Positions 41,293 to 51,287 of a DNA stretch of 64,000 nucleotides are shown here, one piece after another. Position 1 is the first letter of the stretch; each line of letters begins with the position of its first letter. Under the pieces are notes generated by a model. The model saw only the letters and a program-made list of their open reading frames with translations, was not told the DNA's origin and ran no database searches. The DNA is from Candidatus Latescibacterota bacterium (GTDB taxonomy: Bacteria; Latescibacterota; UBA2968; UBA8231). A program made the translations under genes and the position numbers. The stretch lies in the NCBI GenBank assembly GCA_965197905.1, contig CBDAOB010000001.1:131332-195331 (forward strand). The letters run 5' to 3'.

Positions 41293-42468
41293 CTGGAAAA
41301 TCTGCGCATTGTCCAACCCGATTCCAAGAAGCATATCGAAGCCATCCGCGACTTGCTCGGTACACAAAATGATGTGTGGGATACGCGAATGCTGAGCGAC
41401 CACTATGACTGGCAGACATCGAGGATCGGCATTCTCGATGACCGCGTCGTTTCTCATTGTGGTGTCTTCCGGCTCCACCTGCGCGTGGGGACCGCGAAGG
41501 TGTTCACTGCGGGCGTCGACTGTGTCGTGACTCACGAGGAACACCGCGGTCGGGGTTTCATGCGGGCGACTCTAGGGGCGGCAGTGTATGCGATAAAGGA
41601 AAGGTGTTACGGACTCTCTATACTGCTTGGTGGAGTCGACGGATTCTATTCCAGATTTGGCTATGTGGCGGCCTGGCCTGAATGCAACTTCCATGTGGAA
41701 GTAGCAGATCTACCGCCTGGAAGCTCCGACATCAAGATCGAGGAGTTCACCCCAACACATCGGGAAGATCTCGCGAACCTCTACAATCGCTGGAATGAAA
41801 CTCGGACGGGGACAGCAGTGAGGCCAACCTATTCAGACTACAAGTGGGCGGGTCACGATCAGGGATATCTATGGCGAGATGGGAGCGGACCTCCTGAGGG
41901 TTACCTCGTGGGAGAGCGCGGGCCGAGTGACGACCCATTCATGGTCGTAGACTCAGCGGGTAATCCAGACGACATCCTACTAGTAGCCGGGCTTCTTGCA
42001 CGGAGATCAAAATTAACACGCATCTTGTTCCATCGTTTGTCTTCCAAGAGCGAACTCGGAAAGAGGCTGTGTCGGACGAATGCGAAACTGGAGGCCGATT
42101 ACAAGACTGATGGGGGCTTCATGATACGCATTACGAGTTTGCCAGCATTGCTCGAAACAGTGATCCCCTTACTTGCCGAGCGGCTGCGCCAATCGCCCTA
42201 TTCTAGCTGGAATGGGGACCTCGTAGTTTCGACTACCCGGGAACAGGTAGCTCTGCAGGTGGCCGATTCGCGCATGCAGATTGCCCCCGTGCAGGAGACA
42301 GAACATGCGATCGAGGGTCGTGAGGAGATTGCCCAGCTGGTTCTCGGCTCAGAGGAACCGGACGAAATCGTCGGGACTTCAGGTACAGTCTTACGTGGAG
42401 ACGCGCTCAAACTCCTAAGAACTCTGTTTCCGGTGCAACACCCCCACATAGCAGCCGTGGATCTGTAG
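41293..42468 (+). CDS. Eis-like GNAT acetyltransferase (start uncertain)
   Basis: AGVDCVVTHEEHRGRGFM, GFYSRFGY, SCP-like C-terminus. Confidence 0.8.
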   Translation: MENLRIVQPDSKKHIEAIRDLLGTQNDVWDTRMLSDHYDWQTSRIGILDDRVVSHCGVFRLHLRVGTAKVFTAGVDCVVTHEEHRGRGFMRATLGAAVYAIKERCYGLSILLGGVDGFYSRFGYVAAWPECNFHVEVADLPPGSSDIKIEEFTPTHREDLANLYNRWNETRTGTAVRPTYSDYKWAGHDQGYLWRDGSGPPEGYLVGERGPSDDPFMVVDSAGNPDDILLVAGLLARRSKLTRILFHRLSSKSELGKRLCRTNAKLEADYKTDGGFMIRITSLPALLETVIPLLAERLRQSPYSSWNGDLVVSTTREQVALQVADSRMQIAPVQETEHAIEGREEIAQLVLGSEEPDEIVGTSGTVLRGDALKLLRTLFPVQHPHIAAVDL

Positions 42469-42493
42469 ATTACATCTCAGCTGCAGGAGCATC

Positions 42494-42574
42494 TCACAAC
42501 ACGTCCGTGCGCTGCTTCGGGCTTCGCTCCTCGCGCAACCACCCACCGTTCGGGCACGGAGACAACAGTATAGA
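42494..42574 (+). repeat. attC-like palindrome, family A (degenerate)
   Basis: CACAAC ACGTCCGTGC...TTCGGGCTTCGC..CGCGCAACC...GTTCGGGCACGGA. Confidence 0.55.
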
Positions 42575-42643
42575 CCATCGCAGCACAAGGCTCGAACTTC
42601 GAAAGCTCTGATCCATAAGAATGCTGGATAGACAACCTGTTCC

Positions 42644-43603
42644 ATGATGGCCGATCTCCTGGAATCTCAGCTCCGCCAGGCCCTGAAAGCATATGCAATA
42701 GAACCAGGAATGGTGGCTCCCATTCGTGACGTCAATAACTCCGTATACAAAGTGATCACTGAGTCCCAAGAGACTTTCGCATTGCGCATCCATCGGAAAG
42801 GTTATCGGACACCAGAACAGACAGTTTCAGAACTATGCTATCTGAAACAGTTGTCTGCGGTAATGGATGTGCCAGTACCGATCAGGACACGTGATGGTGA
42901 TCTGGTAGTGAATATCAATCACGGAAGACACACGCGACATGCGAGCTTGCTGACATGGGTGAAGGGGGGAGTACGGAGACCACACGGGAAGGGCGCAGGA
43001 CCAAGAACGATCTACAGGATAGGCCACGAACTGGGGCGGATCCACGCGTTCTCCTCGATTTTCGAGCCCCCGTCAGGCTTTACCCTGCCCTCTTGGGACA
43101 GTGAAGGTATTTGCGGTGAGCGTAGTCCTTTTCGTCCTGGCCCTCTCGACGAATCGTTCAGTAAAAAGCAGCTCGAGGTATTAGAGAAGGTGAGGGACCG
43201 ACTCGAATTTACAATGAAACAGATAGGTCGGACGGCACAGACCTTCGGCATTATCCACAAGGACCTCATTCTTTTGAACTGCCTGCATCACGGTAACAGA
43301 ACCTCCGTGATCGATTTCGATGATTGCGGCTGGGGCTACTACCTCTACGATCTGGGAGGCATGCTTGAAAACCTCAAAGACTATCAGTCATACACGAGCT
43401 TGAGAAGCGCTCTGTTGCGTGGTTACAGGAGTGTTCGCGCACTTCCGTCTGCGTGGGAGCGCTATTTCGACTTGATGATCGCCGCGCGTCATGCAACGAC
43501 TGCGATTTGGATGGCAGGAAAATGGCGCGTAGGGGATGTGGACAGGGGGACCTTTGAAGGGTACGCAAAATTTCGACTGCTGGAGGCCGAAGAAAACCTC
43601 TGA
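42644..43603 (+). CDS. APH/homoserine kinase type II-like phosphotransferase
   Basis: NSVYKV, ALRIHR, GIIHKDL, IDFDDCGWGYYLYDL. Confidence 0.85.
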   Translation: MMADLLESQLRQALKAYAIEPGMVAPIRDVNNSVYKVITESQETFALRIHRKGYRTPEQTVSELCYLKQLSAVMDVPVPIRTRDGDLVVNINHGRHTRHASLLTWVKGGVRRPHGKGAGPRTIYRIGHELGRIHAFSSIFEPPSGFTLPSWDSEGICGERSPFRPGPLDESFSKKQLEVLEKVRDRLEFTMKQIGRTAQTFGIIHKDLILLNCLHHGNRTSVIDFDDCGWGYYLYDLGGMLENLKDYQSYTSLRSALLRGYRSVRALPSAWERYFDLMIAARHATTAIWMAGKWRVGDVDRGTFEGYAKFRLLEAEENL

Positions 43604-43864
43604 CGGGGCGATCCACGGTGATAGAAGGGACCGCAGACTGGACGGAAATACCGGATCAGATAAGAAAGCTATAGAGGCCGTAGCCGACTTCCGCTAACAT
43701 GAGGCTGCATGGCTTCGAGGCAAAGCCCTTCCGCGCACTCGTGCGCACTATTCGGACGCCAACCTGGAAGAATTGCGTCGAGCTATCCGTCTGCCGCACT
43801 TCCGCTTAGGTGCGGTAATCTAAACTTCTTCAGGGTGCGCACTGCGAACCCAAAAAAGGACTGC

Positions 43865-44230
43865 GCACGTACATGCGCGCCGCAGCCGTGCGTTGAATCT
43901 GGCCACCGGACAGTTTCGTGCCCCGGGGGCCGATCAGAGTGTCAAGGCCGTCATCCAGTCTCTTTATGTCCGGCTCCATGACACTCAAGTGTATCGCATC
44001 CTGCAGATTGACGGCCTGTTCTGGAAGCCCCAAAAGGATGTTGTTCTTGAAGCTGTCGCTGAACAAACGAGGGGGGTGGGACCAGGAACTCCTGGGCAAC
44101 AACCCCAACAGCACTTCCAGCAGTGTGGTCTTACCCGCTCCGATCCTTCCGGTGATCACTGTGAACGAGTTCCGCACGATCTGCAGGTTGACCGCCTCAA
44201 TTCCCCTGCCGGACTCGGGATGTCTAACCC
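43865..44230 (-). pseudogene. ABC transporter ATPase fragment
   Basis: GRIGAGKT Walker A and LSGGQ signature; internal deletion and no ends. Confidence 0.75.
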
Positions 44231-44438
44231 GACCGCTCAGGGCTCATGAAAAATCATTGGAAAGTCCTCCTGGCCAGCCTCTCATTCAGCTCCCAAAGCG
44301 CGACCCGGTTGCTATCCCAGGTCACGAATATGGCAGTTTGATCTGAATCGGAGCAGCGGGAATTTGCCCTTTCCCTCGGCCTGCGACAAATGGGTTTGTT
44401 TCGTAAAACTGAGTTGGAAATCTGTATTATACTACAGA

Positions 44439-46472
44439 GTGCGGCCAGGCAATGCTGGTCCGAGGGGAAGGAAGGAGGTGATGACTTCCTGAAATTCGGT
44501 ATGCCTTCCAGTGGGTGCGACTCCCACCTCACCAAAGTTGAGCCCGACGGGTGAGTAGCGAGGCCTTGCGTCGGTCGTGGCAACACGGACCGACGAAGCG
44601 TAGGTCCGCAAGCGCGTGGGCCGCGGGACTGCGGCTCTGAAAGATAATTGAATCCCGGGTGCCGAGACGACGCTGTACGATCGAAGGCAGCAGGACCGTC
44701 CCCGTGGAATGGGCGAGGGGACGGTCCGCCCGGCGGGGTGAACGACCATGGCACGCGCGACGAGGAAGGTCCAGTAACCTGGGAAGCCCCAAATCTCCAC
44801 GAGAGACATCCGGTGACACGGAGAGCCGGTGACCCGTCTCCAACGTACCGCGCGTCAGCGGACGCACGCGTGGTCGGCCAAGAACAAGCGTCCGCCTCGC
44901 GGTAGGCCAAAGCAAGGGGAACCGGAGCGGCGGCCGATGGAGGAGGGGTGTCGGAGGGCGGTGTATGAGCGACGACGTCGGGGAACGGCTGGCAGCTGGA
45001 CCCGACTGAGCGGAGGCCGCCCGTGTTGGCATGAACTTTTGGGAGGGAGCCATGACCGAGGCACAGACTTCGGAGCCCATGTCACCGGAACTACAAAAGG
45101 TAGCGGAACGCGCGAGGCGAGATCCGGACACCCGGTTTCACTCGTTAGCCCACCTGATTGATCAGACCGCCCTGCGGCGGGCATTCCACCGGCAGCGCGG
45201 TAGCGCAGCGGCCGGGGTGGATGGGGTGACCAAGGCCGACTACGAGCAGGAGTTGGAGACCCATCTCCAGGATCTGCATGGGCGGCTACGGGCACGACGG
45301 TACCGGCATCAGCCGATTCGCCGGGTCCACATCCCCAAGGAAGGCCGTGCGGGACAGACGCGACCGATCGGCATCTCCTGCTTCGAGGACAAGCTTGTGC
45401 AGGGGGCGCTACGAGAGGTGTTGGAGGCAGTGTACGAGCCCCTGTTTCGGGACTGCTCGTATGGTTTCCGCACCAGACGCAGTGCCCATGATGCCGTGCG
45501 GAAGCTACAGGCCGTGATCTATCGGAGGGAGGTGAACTGGATCCTGGAGAGCGATGTACAATCCTTCTTCGACGACGTGGATCGCCCCACGTTGCGGGAG
45601 ATGCTCCGGGAACGGATCGCTGACGGGTCGATTCACCGGCTCGTCGGCAAGTGCTTGCATGTGGGGGTCTTGGACGGGGCGCAGTTTGTGACTCCGGACC
45701 AGGGGACCACCCAAGGCTCGGGGCTTTCCCCGCTGCTGGGTAACATTTACCTGCATCATGTCCTCGACACGTGGTTCGAGGATCTGATTCGGCCCCGCCT
45801 TAAAGGGCGCGCCCATCAGGTCAGGTACGCCGATGACTTTGTCCTCGGTTTCGAGCTACGCGAAGACGCTGAGCGGGTAATGAGAGTGCTCGGCAAGCGG
45901 ATGGAGCGCTTCGGCCTGAGGCTGCAGCCGAACAAAACCCGGCTGGTCTCCTTCCAGCGTCCATCGAGGACGCAAGTGAGGGGCAAAGGCCCTGGGACCT
46001 TCGACCTGCTCGGTTTCACCTGGTACTGGCGGCGGAGCCGTCGCGGGAACTGGGTCCCGATGTGCAAGACGCGGACGTCGCGCCGCCGACGGATCGTGAG
46101 AAACGTCACCGACTGGTGCCGTCGCCATCGGCACGAGCCGGTTGCGGTGCAACACGCCGCCCTCGTGAGGCGCATCCGAGGCCACTTCCAGTACTTCGGC
46201 GTCAATGGGAACGCCCGGAGTCTGGGTGCGGTGGTCTACCACGCCCAACGGGCGTGGTACAAATGGTTGCGGCGACGCAGCCAAAGATCGCGTCTGAACT
46301 GGGAACGCTTTGAGGATCTCCTTCGAGACTTCCCACTTCCGCGTCCTCGGGTGTATGTGAACATCTGGGGATGATCCGCGAGCCGTGCCAGCGGAGGAGC
46401 CGGATGGTGGAAACCTCCAAGTCCGGATCTGGTGAGGGCCGGGGCTAAGGTAACTGGCCCCGGCTACTCAAC
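44439..46472 (+). mobile_element. group II intron, bacterial class E-like
   Basis: 5' GTGCG; DV GAGCCGGATGGTGGAAACCTCCAAGTCCGGATC; DVI ending CTACTCAAC; boundaries supported by the empty site at 52504-52558. Confidence 0.92.
45052..46374 (+). CDS. ltrA: group II intron reverse transcriptase/maturase, no endonuclease domain
   Basis: AAGVDG, IPK..RPIGI, GTTQGSGLSPLLGNIYLH, YADD, RRSQR..NWERF. Confidence 0.95.
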   Translation: MTEAQTSEPMSPELQKVAERARRDPDTRFHSLAHLIDQTALRRAFHRQRGSAAAGVDGVTKADYEQELETHLQDLHGRLRARRYRHQPIRRVHIPKEGRAGQTRPIGISCFEDKLVQGALREVLEAVYEPLFRDCSYGFRTRRSAHDAVRKLQAVIYRREVNWILESDVQSFFDDVDRPTLREMLRERIADGSIHRLVGKCLHVGVLDGAQFVTPDQGTTQGSGLSPLLGNIYLHHVLDTWFEDLIRPRLKGRAHQVRYADDFVLGFELREDAERVMRVLGKRMERFGLRLQPNKTRLVSFQRPSRTQVRGKGPGTFDLLGFTWYWRRSRRGNWVPMCKTRTSRRRRIVRNVTDWCRRHRHEPVAVQHAALVRRIRGHFQYFGVNGNARSLGAVVYHAQRAWYKWLRRRSQRSRLNWERFEDLLRDFPLPRPRVYVNIWG

Positions 46473-46697
46473 TTTTCGATCGCATTCTGCGAAACAAACC
46501 CATTTGCTCCACGAGCCAAAAACGCTTCCGGGCATCGGTGTTGGTAGTGCTTCACCGACCCTGGCAATTGTCCAATGGTGCCGTCCGGCGCGAGGTACCA
46601 GACAGAATCAATAGTTGCTGAGCCTACTACGAAGGGATGTAACCGGCAATATTGCACATTCGTTACCTCGATCCCACCGTCTGCAAATGACCCGGTT

Positions 46698-46780
46698 GTT
46701 TCACAGTTCACGAAGTCGCGAATGCGGCTTGCCGAAGGCCCAGCGCCGAACGGCGCGCAGGGAATTGCTTTGTTATATGC
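46698..46780 (-). repeat. attC-like palindrome, family B
   Basis: Minus strand ATATAAC AAAGCAATT...GCCGTTCGGCGCTGGGCCTTCGG...GCATTCGCGACTTCGT; parts shared with 58690-58730 and 63620-63647. Confidence 0.5.
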
Positions 46781-46871
46781 GCTTGCGGACTGAATCTACA
46801 GGTGTTTTTGTCATTGGTGTTGCGAGTTGAGGTTAGATTCAGTGGCCGCTCAACAAGAGGGGATTGACCGA

Positions 46872-48443
46872 CTAGGAAAGATCACTCCAGCTCTTAAGAT
46901 AACCGACAATTTCCGAGTGGCCGTTGTGAATGGCCCACTGCAGGGGCGTGGCACCGGCCGGGCCACAATCCCGGATAGTGAGATCGGACCCCCTCTCCAT
47001 AAGGAATTCGACTGTCCCTACGCCGCCGCGAGCAATACTGCCACAGGCGAAGTGGAGCGGCGTTTGACCGCCACCGTGGCATCGAGCGGGCATAGCATCA
47101 ATGTCAACCCCACGGTCTAGCAGAATCTGGGCCGCCTCAAGTTGACGGTTAATGATCGCATACGCGAAGGCCTCAACGAGAATCTCGTAATTTGTCATGG
47201 TCGGGAGTTCATCTTCCTCAACTGTTTCCCTGTCCGTTCCCTTATGCGGAACCACCTGGCCGCCTCTGAGGATGCTCCGCTCGTAGTACGGTCGCCGTTG
47301 ATGGCTACTGCGGGCGCCTGGCCGCAATTCACCTTCCTCTATGAAGAAGCTCTCCATCTTCTCGATGATCCCTAGCCCTGCTGCAAACCGAAGGTCCAGT
47401 CGGGCCCCGTGCTGGTGCAGTGTTGCGGCGACTTCAGTTTCGCCATGAATGAGTGCGGCGTATGTAGCAAGCCCGTCATGAGCATTCACGTCCGCGCCAG
47501 TGTCGATCAGGACCTCGAGCAGCTCTTTCTGAACACCCGCTTCTCTGGCTGCTGATCCGCTCGCCACTAGACACAGAGGCGTGTTGTTGCCCGTATACGT
47601 TTGCGCGTTCGGATCCGCTCCAGCTCTCAAAAGCACCCGTGCGATGTCACAGACACGCGGGGAAATTGGATTGTCGGTGGGGTTGCCGGCCACGTAGTGC
47701 AGCAATGTCGCCCCGTGGAAGTAGGATCCCTGGGTTGCATCGTCGAATCCGGCAGCCTCGATGAGCGCGGGATGCTGACGCACCAAGCCCTCCAATCGAG
47801 GCACATCGCCTGTCGCAATCGAATCGATTGCCGCCCGGATGGTGTTCAGAGTCTTCCTCGAAAACTCGTCCGACCGTGACAATCGGAGTTGATGGAACTC
47901 GGTTTCTGTCATCGCCTTGAGCCTTTCCTTCATCAGTTTGCGGCCATCGTGAAGGCGTTTTTTGACCGTCGACACCGGAACTTCGAGAAGCTCCGCAACA
48001 CCATCGTAGGAGAGGCCGGATATGTAGAACAGAGCGAGAGCCTGTTGCGATCGCGGGGGGAGGTCCCCCAGTACCGCGGCCACGATACGCCGTGTCTCCG
48101 TTGTCTCATGGACCTCATCCGGCGTTGGATCGGTTGATGCCATCTGCACATTTTGAGGATCGACGCTCGGCAGCTCCTTTCTCCTGGTGATGCGGTTGCA
48201 CTTTGTGAAGACGATCTGCCGAAGCCATCCAGGTAGACTGTCCACGTCTCTCAGGGAATCGAGGTTGAGATATGCTGTGAGAAATGCCTCCTGGGCGGCG
48301 TCCTCCGCGAGCTGCAGGTCCTTTAGGATTGAGTAGGCGAACCCCAAGACCATGTCCTGGAACCGTAGGACGACCGTCCCGAAGGACTCGATGTCACCAG
48401 CCTTTGTCTTCTCAATTGACTCTTTAATCTCATCCATAACCAT
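46872..48443 (-). CDS. ECF sigma factor fused to C-terminal ankyrin repeats
   Basis: AEDAAQEAFL, STVKKRLHDGR; GATLLHYVA, GQTPLHFA, GATPLQWAIHNGH. Confidence 0.9.
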   Translation of the reverse strand: MVMDEIKESIEKTKAGDIESFGTVVLRFQDMVLGFAYSILKDLQLAEDAAQEAFLTAYLNLDSLRDVDSLPGWLRQIVFTKCNRITRRKELPSVDPQNVQMASTDPTPDEVHETTETRRIVAAVLGDLPPRSQQALALFYISGLSYDGVAELLEVPVSTVKKRLHDGRKLMKERLKAMTETEFHQLRLSRSDEFSRKTLNTIRAAIDSIATGDVPRLEGLVRQHPALIEAAGFDDATQGSYFHGATLLHYVAGNPTDNPISPRVCDIARVLLRAGADPNAQTYTGNNTPLCLVASGSAAREAGVQKELLEVLIDTGADVNAHDGLATYAALIHGETEVAATLHQHGARLDLRFAAGLGIIEKMESFFIEEGELRPGARSSHQRRPYYERSILRGGQVVPHKGTDRETVEEDELPTMTNYEILVEAFAYAIINRQLEAAQILLDRGVDIDAMPARCHGGGQTPLHFACGSIARGGVGTVEFLMERGSDLTIRDCGPAGATPLQWAIHNGHSEIVGYLKSWSDLS

Positions 48444-48674
48444 CCAGCCTCACTCCAAGGAGCCACGTAAGGTCGTCAAGGTTACTTTCGAAGAGTATTG
48501 CCAGGACGGCACGTGGGCTGGCAATGCTTACCTCACACCGGTTATAGGGATGATTAGTTTCGGCCTCGCATATTTGGTGTGGAATCGACGCATTGCTGCC
48601 TACCAGAGCGCCGGTTCGTAGGATCCTTGCGGTCTTGACATGTAACCACCGAAGCGGTAGCTTGACTCGCGAGT

Positions 48675-48871
48675 TTGTCAAACAGCATCAGAGCGGGTAT
48701 AATATCAGAGCGGGTATAATCGGCCTGTCGGATGCTGTAGGCCGCCAACGCGAGGAGATCCTAATGCGATACATAGGACTGTCTAGCCACCGGAGGATCG
48801 GAATGTAGTCGCATACTTTCTCGCTCTGAGTCACCTCATATCAGCCGCCCCGCGTTGGGGGCGGCTTTTTT
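48675..48871 (+). promoter_or_regulatory. sigma70 promoter, leader peptide and terminator (attenuator-like)
   Basis: TTGTCA-17 bp-TATAAT; GAGGAG plus MRYIGLSSHRRIGM* (48764-48808); AGCCGCCCC/GGGGCGGCT followed by a T run. Confidence 0.65.
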
Positions 48872-48969
48872 GTTGGAGGAAGGAAACTACATGTGACCTG
48901 CCAGGGCGCTCCAATACCACACATAGCGTGCAAAGACAAGAAACGTCACATCTCGAAAGCCCATTCGAT

Positions 48970-50106
48970 ATGAGATACACCTCAGAATTACATAAAGCAG
49001 AATCTATTCTTCAAAAGAGTCTTCATGCACCTGTGAAACTACAACCACAGCATCTTATAGATGGCGGCCCTGATGAACGTATTCTCGTTCTTCGATGTAC
49101 GGTGAATGATGTCTCAAGTGAAATGCCCGAGACACTAATTGTAAAACGCTGGCAGGAAAATTCAGAACGGTTTCTCAGAGAGTGTGCATCATTGGACTTT
49201 CTCGGTCGCCAGGAAAGAATAGCAGAGATTTTCCCAAAGTTATTTGGATGGGATGGGAAGGCCGAGGTAATGGTAGTAGAAGATTTGGGGGATCGAGAAG
49301 GACAATGGCTCGGGGACATTCTCTTTGCAGATGATAAAGAGAAAGCCGAAAGGGCTCTGATCGACTTCCAACATGCTGTTGGCCGGATGCACGCCGCGAC
49401 GATAGGCAAAGAGAAGGAGTTTCAAGAAGTGTGTAGCCTCTACGGTGCTCATCAGGCCGAGGGCGACCGCACCGACAACCTACCCAGCAAACTCCTCCTC
49501 TTCGAGCGCAATGTGCGCCAACTCGGCTTCAAGGATGCTCCAGGGTTGACTCAGGTCATTGAGAATGCGATTGGATCGATGGAGGATCCTCATCCATTTT
49601 TCTCCTTTGTACATGGCGATACCACGCTGGCAAACGCCTTCTTGACTAGCCACGGAATTCGCATTTTTGATTTGGAGTCGGGTGGTACGAGACATTGTCT
49701 GACGGATGGGGCTTTCTCACGTATGAGATATCTGGAGAGCAGTTTGGCGCAGCAAATTCCGGTTGACTTACGCCGCCGGATGATGAATGTCTATCGAGAG
49801 GGATTGTCCAGTGGCTGCCCAGATGCTATGGACGACGATCTCTTCCTGCCTGCCTTCACTGCCTGTTGTGCGTGTTGGATGGCCAAGCAGTGTGATAGGC
49901 TACTTGCCAATCTCGAGAAAGACACACAATGGGGGCGAGCCAGTGAACGCCAGAGAGTGGTGACCGCTTTAGAAAACTTCACCGAGATCTCTAGGGAGTT
50001 TGATTTGTTCGCAGCTTTGGGCGAGACCGCTGCAAGTATGTCACAAGAGCTTAGAAGTAGATGGAGCGAAACCGAGTGTTCCCTACCTGTTTACAAAGCA
50101 CTGTAG
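48970..50106 (+). CDS. APH-like kinase
   Basis: LIVKR, VVEDLG, FVHGDTTLAN, IFDLE. Confidence 0.78.
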   Translation: MRYTSELHKAESILQKSLHAPVKLQPQHLIDGGPDERILVLRCTVNDVSSEMPETLIVKRWQENSERFLRECASLDFLGRQERIAEIFPKLFGWDGKAEVMVVEDLGDREGQWLGDILFADDKEKAERALIDFQHAVGRMHAATIGKEKEFQEVCSLYGAHQAEGDRTDNLPSKLLLFERNVRQLGFKDAPGLTQVIENAIGSMEDPHPFFSFVHGDTTLANAFLTSHGIRIFDLESGGTRHCLTDGAFSRMRYLESSLAQQIPVDLRRRMMNVYREGLSSGCPDAMDDDLFLPAFTACCACWMAKQCDRLLANLEKDTQWGRASERQRVVTALENFTEISREFDLFAALGETAASMSQELRSRWSETECSLPVYKAL

Positions 50107-50359
50107 AATCCGTGGCAGGTTGAACTAGAGCACGGCAAGAACAACATTGGCGGCCATGCGGATTAAAAGTTCGATCCGGGCGTTTTCGCAAATTGGAGTA
50201 AAAATATAGGGTTACGAAGGCCTCGTGTTGAAAAGTGCCACGATATGACCCAGAGCTCGAATCTGTGCCCCTATTTGCCACCGCAGATTCATCCCCAACC
50301 TAGTACTTACCACAATTGCCACTGTGCTGCCGGGAGGGGTTCTTTGCTCCTTCCGCAGT

Positions 50360-50533
50360 ATGAAGAATACAGACCTTGAATCTGTCCGTAGGGCCGCTCG
50401 GCTCTACAGCACCAACAAAGAAGCCGCGGCCTCGCTAGGCATTCATCCAGGCAGTTTTGCCCGAATCTGCCGTAGCCATGGGATTGAGACGCCGCATGGC
50501 CGGAAACGGCGACGGAGGCGAGAAAGTTCGTGA
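50360..50533 (+). CDS. small HTH protein
   Basis: RRAARLYSTNKEAAASLGIHPGSFARICRSHGIETP. Confidence 0.65.
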   Translation: MKNTDLESVRRAARLYSTNKEAAASLGIHPGSFARICRSHGIETPHGRKRRRRRESS

Positions 50534-50650
50534 ATTAGACTCTCAGCGGTTGTTTGTGCGAACAAAAGGTTCGCATATTTATAGTTGGGTGCCGGACCGA
50601 TCATCCTATGTAAAATGACATCACTATCTACAGCGTAGGCGGAACATTGC

Positions 50651-51256
50651 GTGGACATTCTACCGCTCCTCAATGAGATTCAGAGCATTGCGCGTACTGG
50701 ATTGAATTACACCGACAATCCATACGATCGCGAAAGGTACGAGCATCTTCTGGAGCTCGCTAGCAGGTACTGCGGAGAGAGTATCGATAGGCCAGCGGAA
50801 TATGTCCTTGATAGACTTCGACGCGAATTGGGCCACATTACCCCAAAAGTCGGAGCCGACGCGGCCATTTTTGATCAAGATGGTCAAATTCTTTTGACCC
50901 TCCGAGCAACTGATGATCAGAAATGGTGCTTGCCTTGTGGATTCGTTGAACCCAATGAATCACCATTAGATGCTGCTGTTCGGGAGACGTTGGAAGAAAC
51001 AGGATTGGAGGTTAGGCCACTCCGTCTAGTTGACGTGTTTACACGATTACCGAGTGCCGAGAATGGTCCTCATACCGTTGTCTCAGTGGTCTACTTGTGC
51101 GAAATCGTGAAAGGTGAGATCCATTTGTCTCACGAAGTTGCTGATGTAAGGTTCTGGCAGATTGAAGCTGTGAAAGATTGGCATAGAGATCACGCTAAGT
51201 TTGCCACCAGAGCCCACGCGATGTGGAAAGATAGTGTGCGCAATGCCTGTGAATAG
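50651..51256 (+). CDS. NUDIX hydrolase with N-terminal domain (YjhB-like)
   Basis: QSIARTGLNY...YDRERY, TPKVG, AAVRETLEETG. Confidence 0.9.
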   Translation: MDILPLLNEIQSIARTGLNYTDNPYDRERYEHLLELASRYCGESIDRPAEYVLDRLRRELGHITPKVGADAAIFDQDGQILLTLRATDDQKWCLPCGFVEPNESPLDAAVRETLEETGLEVRPLRLVDVFTRLPSAENGPHTVVSVVYLCEIVKGEIHLSHEVADVRFWQIEAVKDWHRDHAKFATRAHAMWKDSVRNACE

Positions 51257-51287
51257 TGGATGTTAAGTCGAACGAAGGGAGCGGGAA

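Noticed and set aside
44254..45295. ORFs within the intron 5' region
   Set aside because: They overlap ribozyme domains and have no protein motifs.
45052..46374. RT as a retron, DGR or defence RT
   Set aside because: It sits inside complete group II intron ends with DV/DVI. The 350-bp repeats are mostly non-coding and show no adenine-specific TR/VR pattern.
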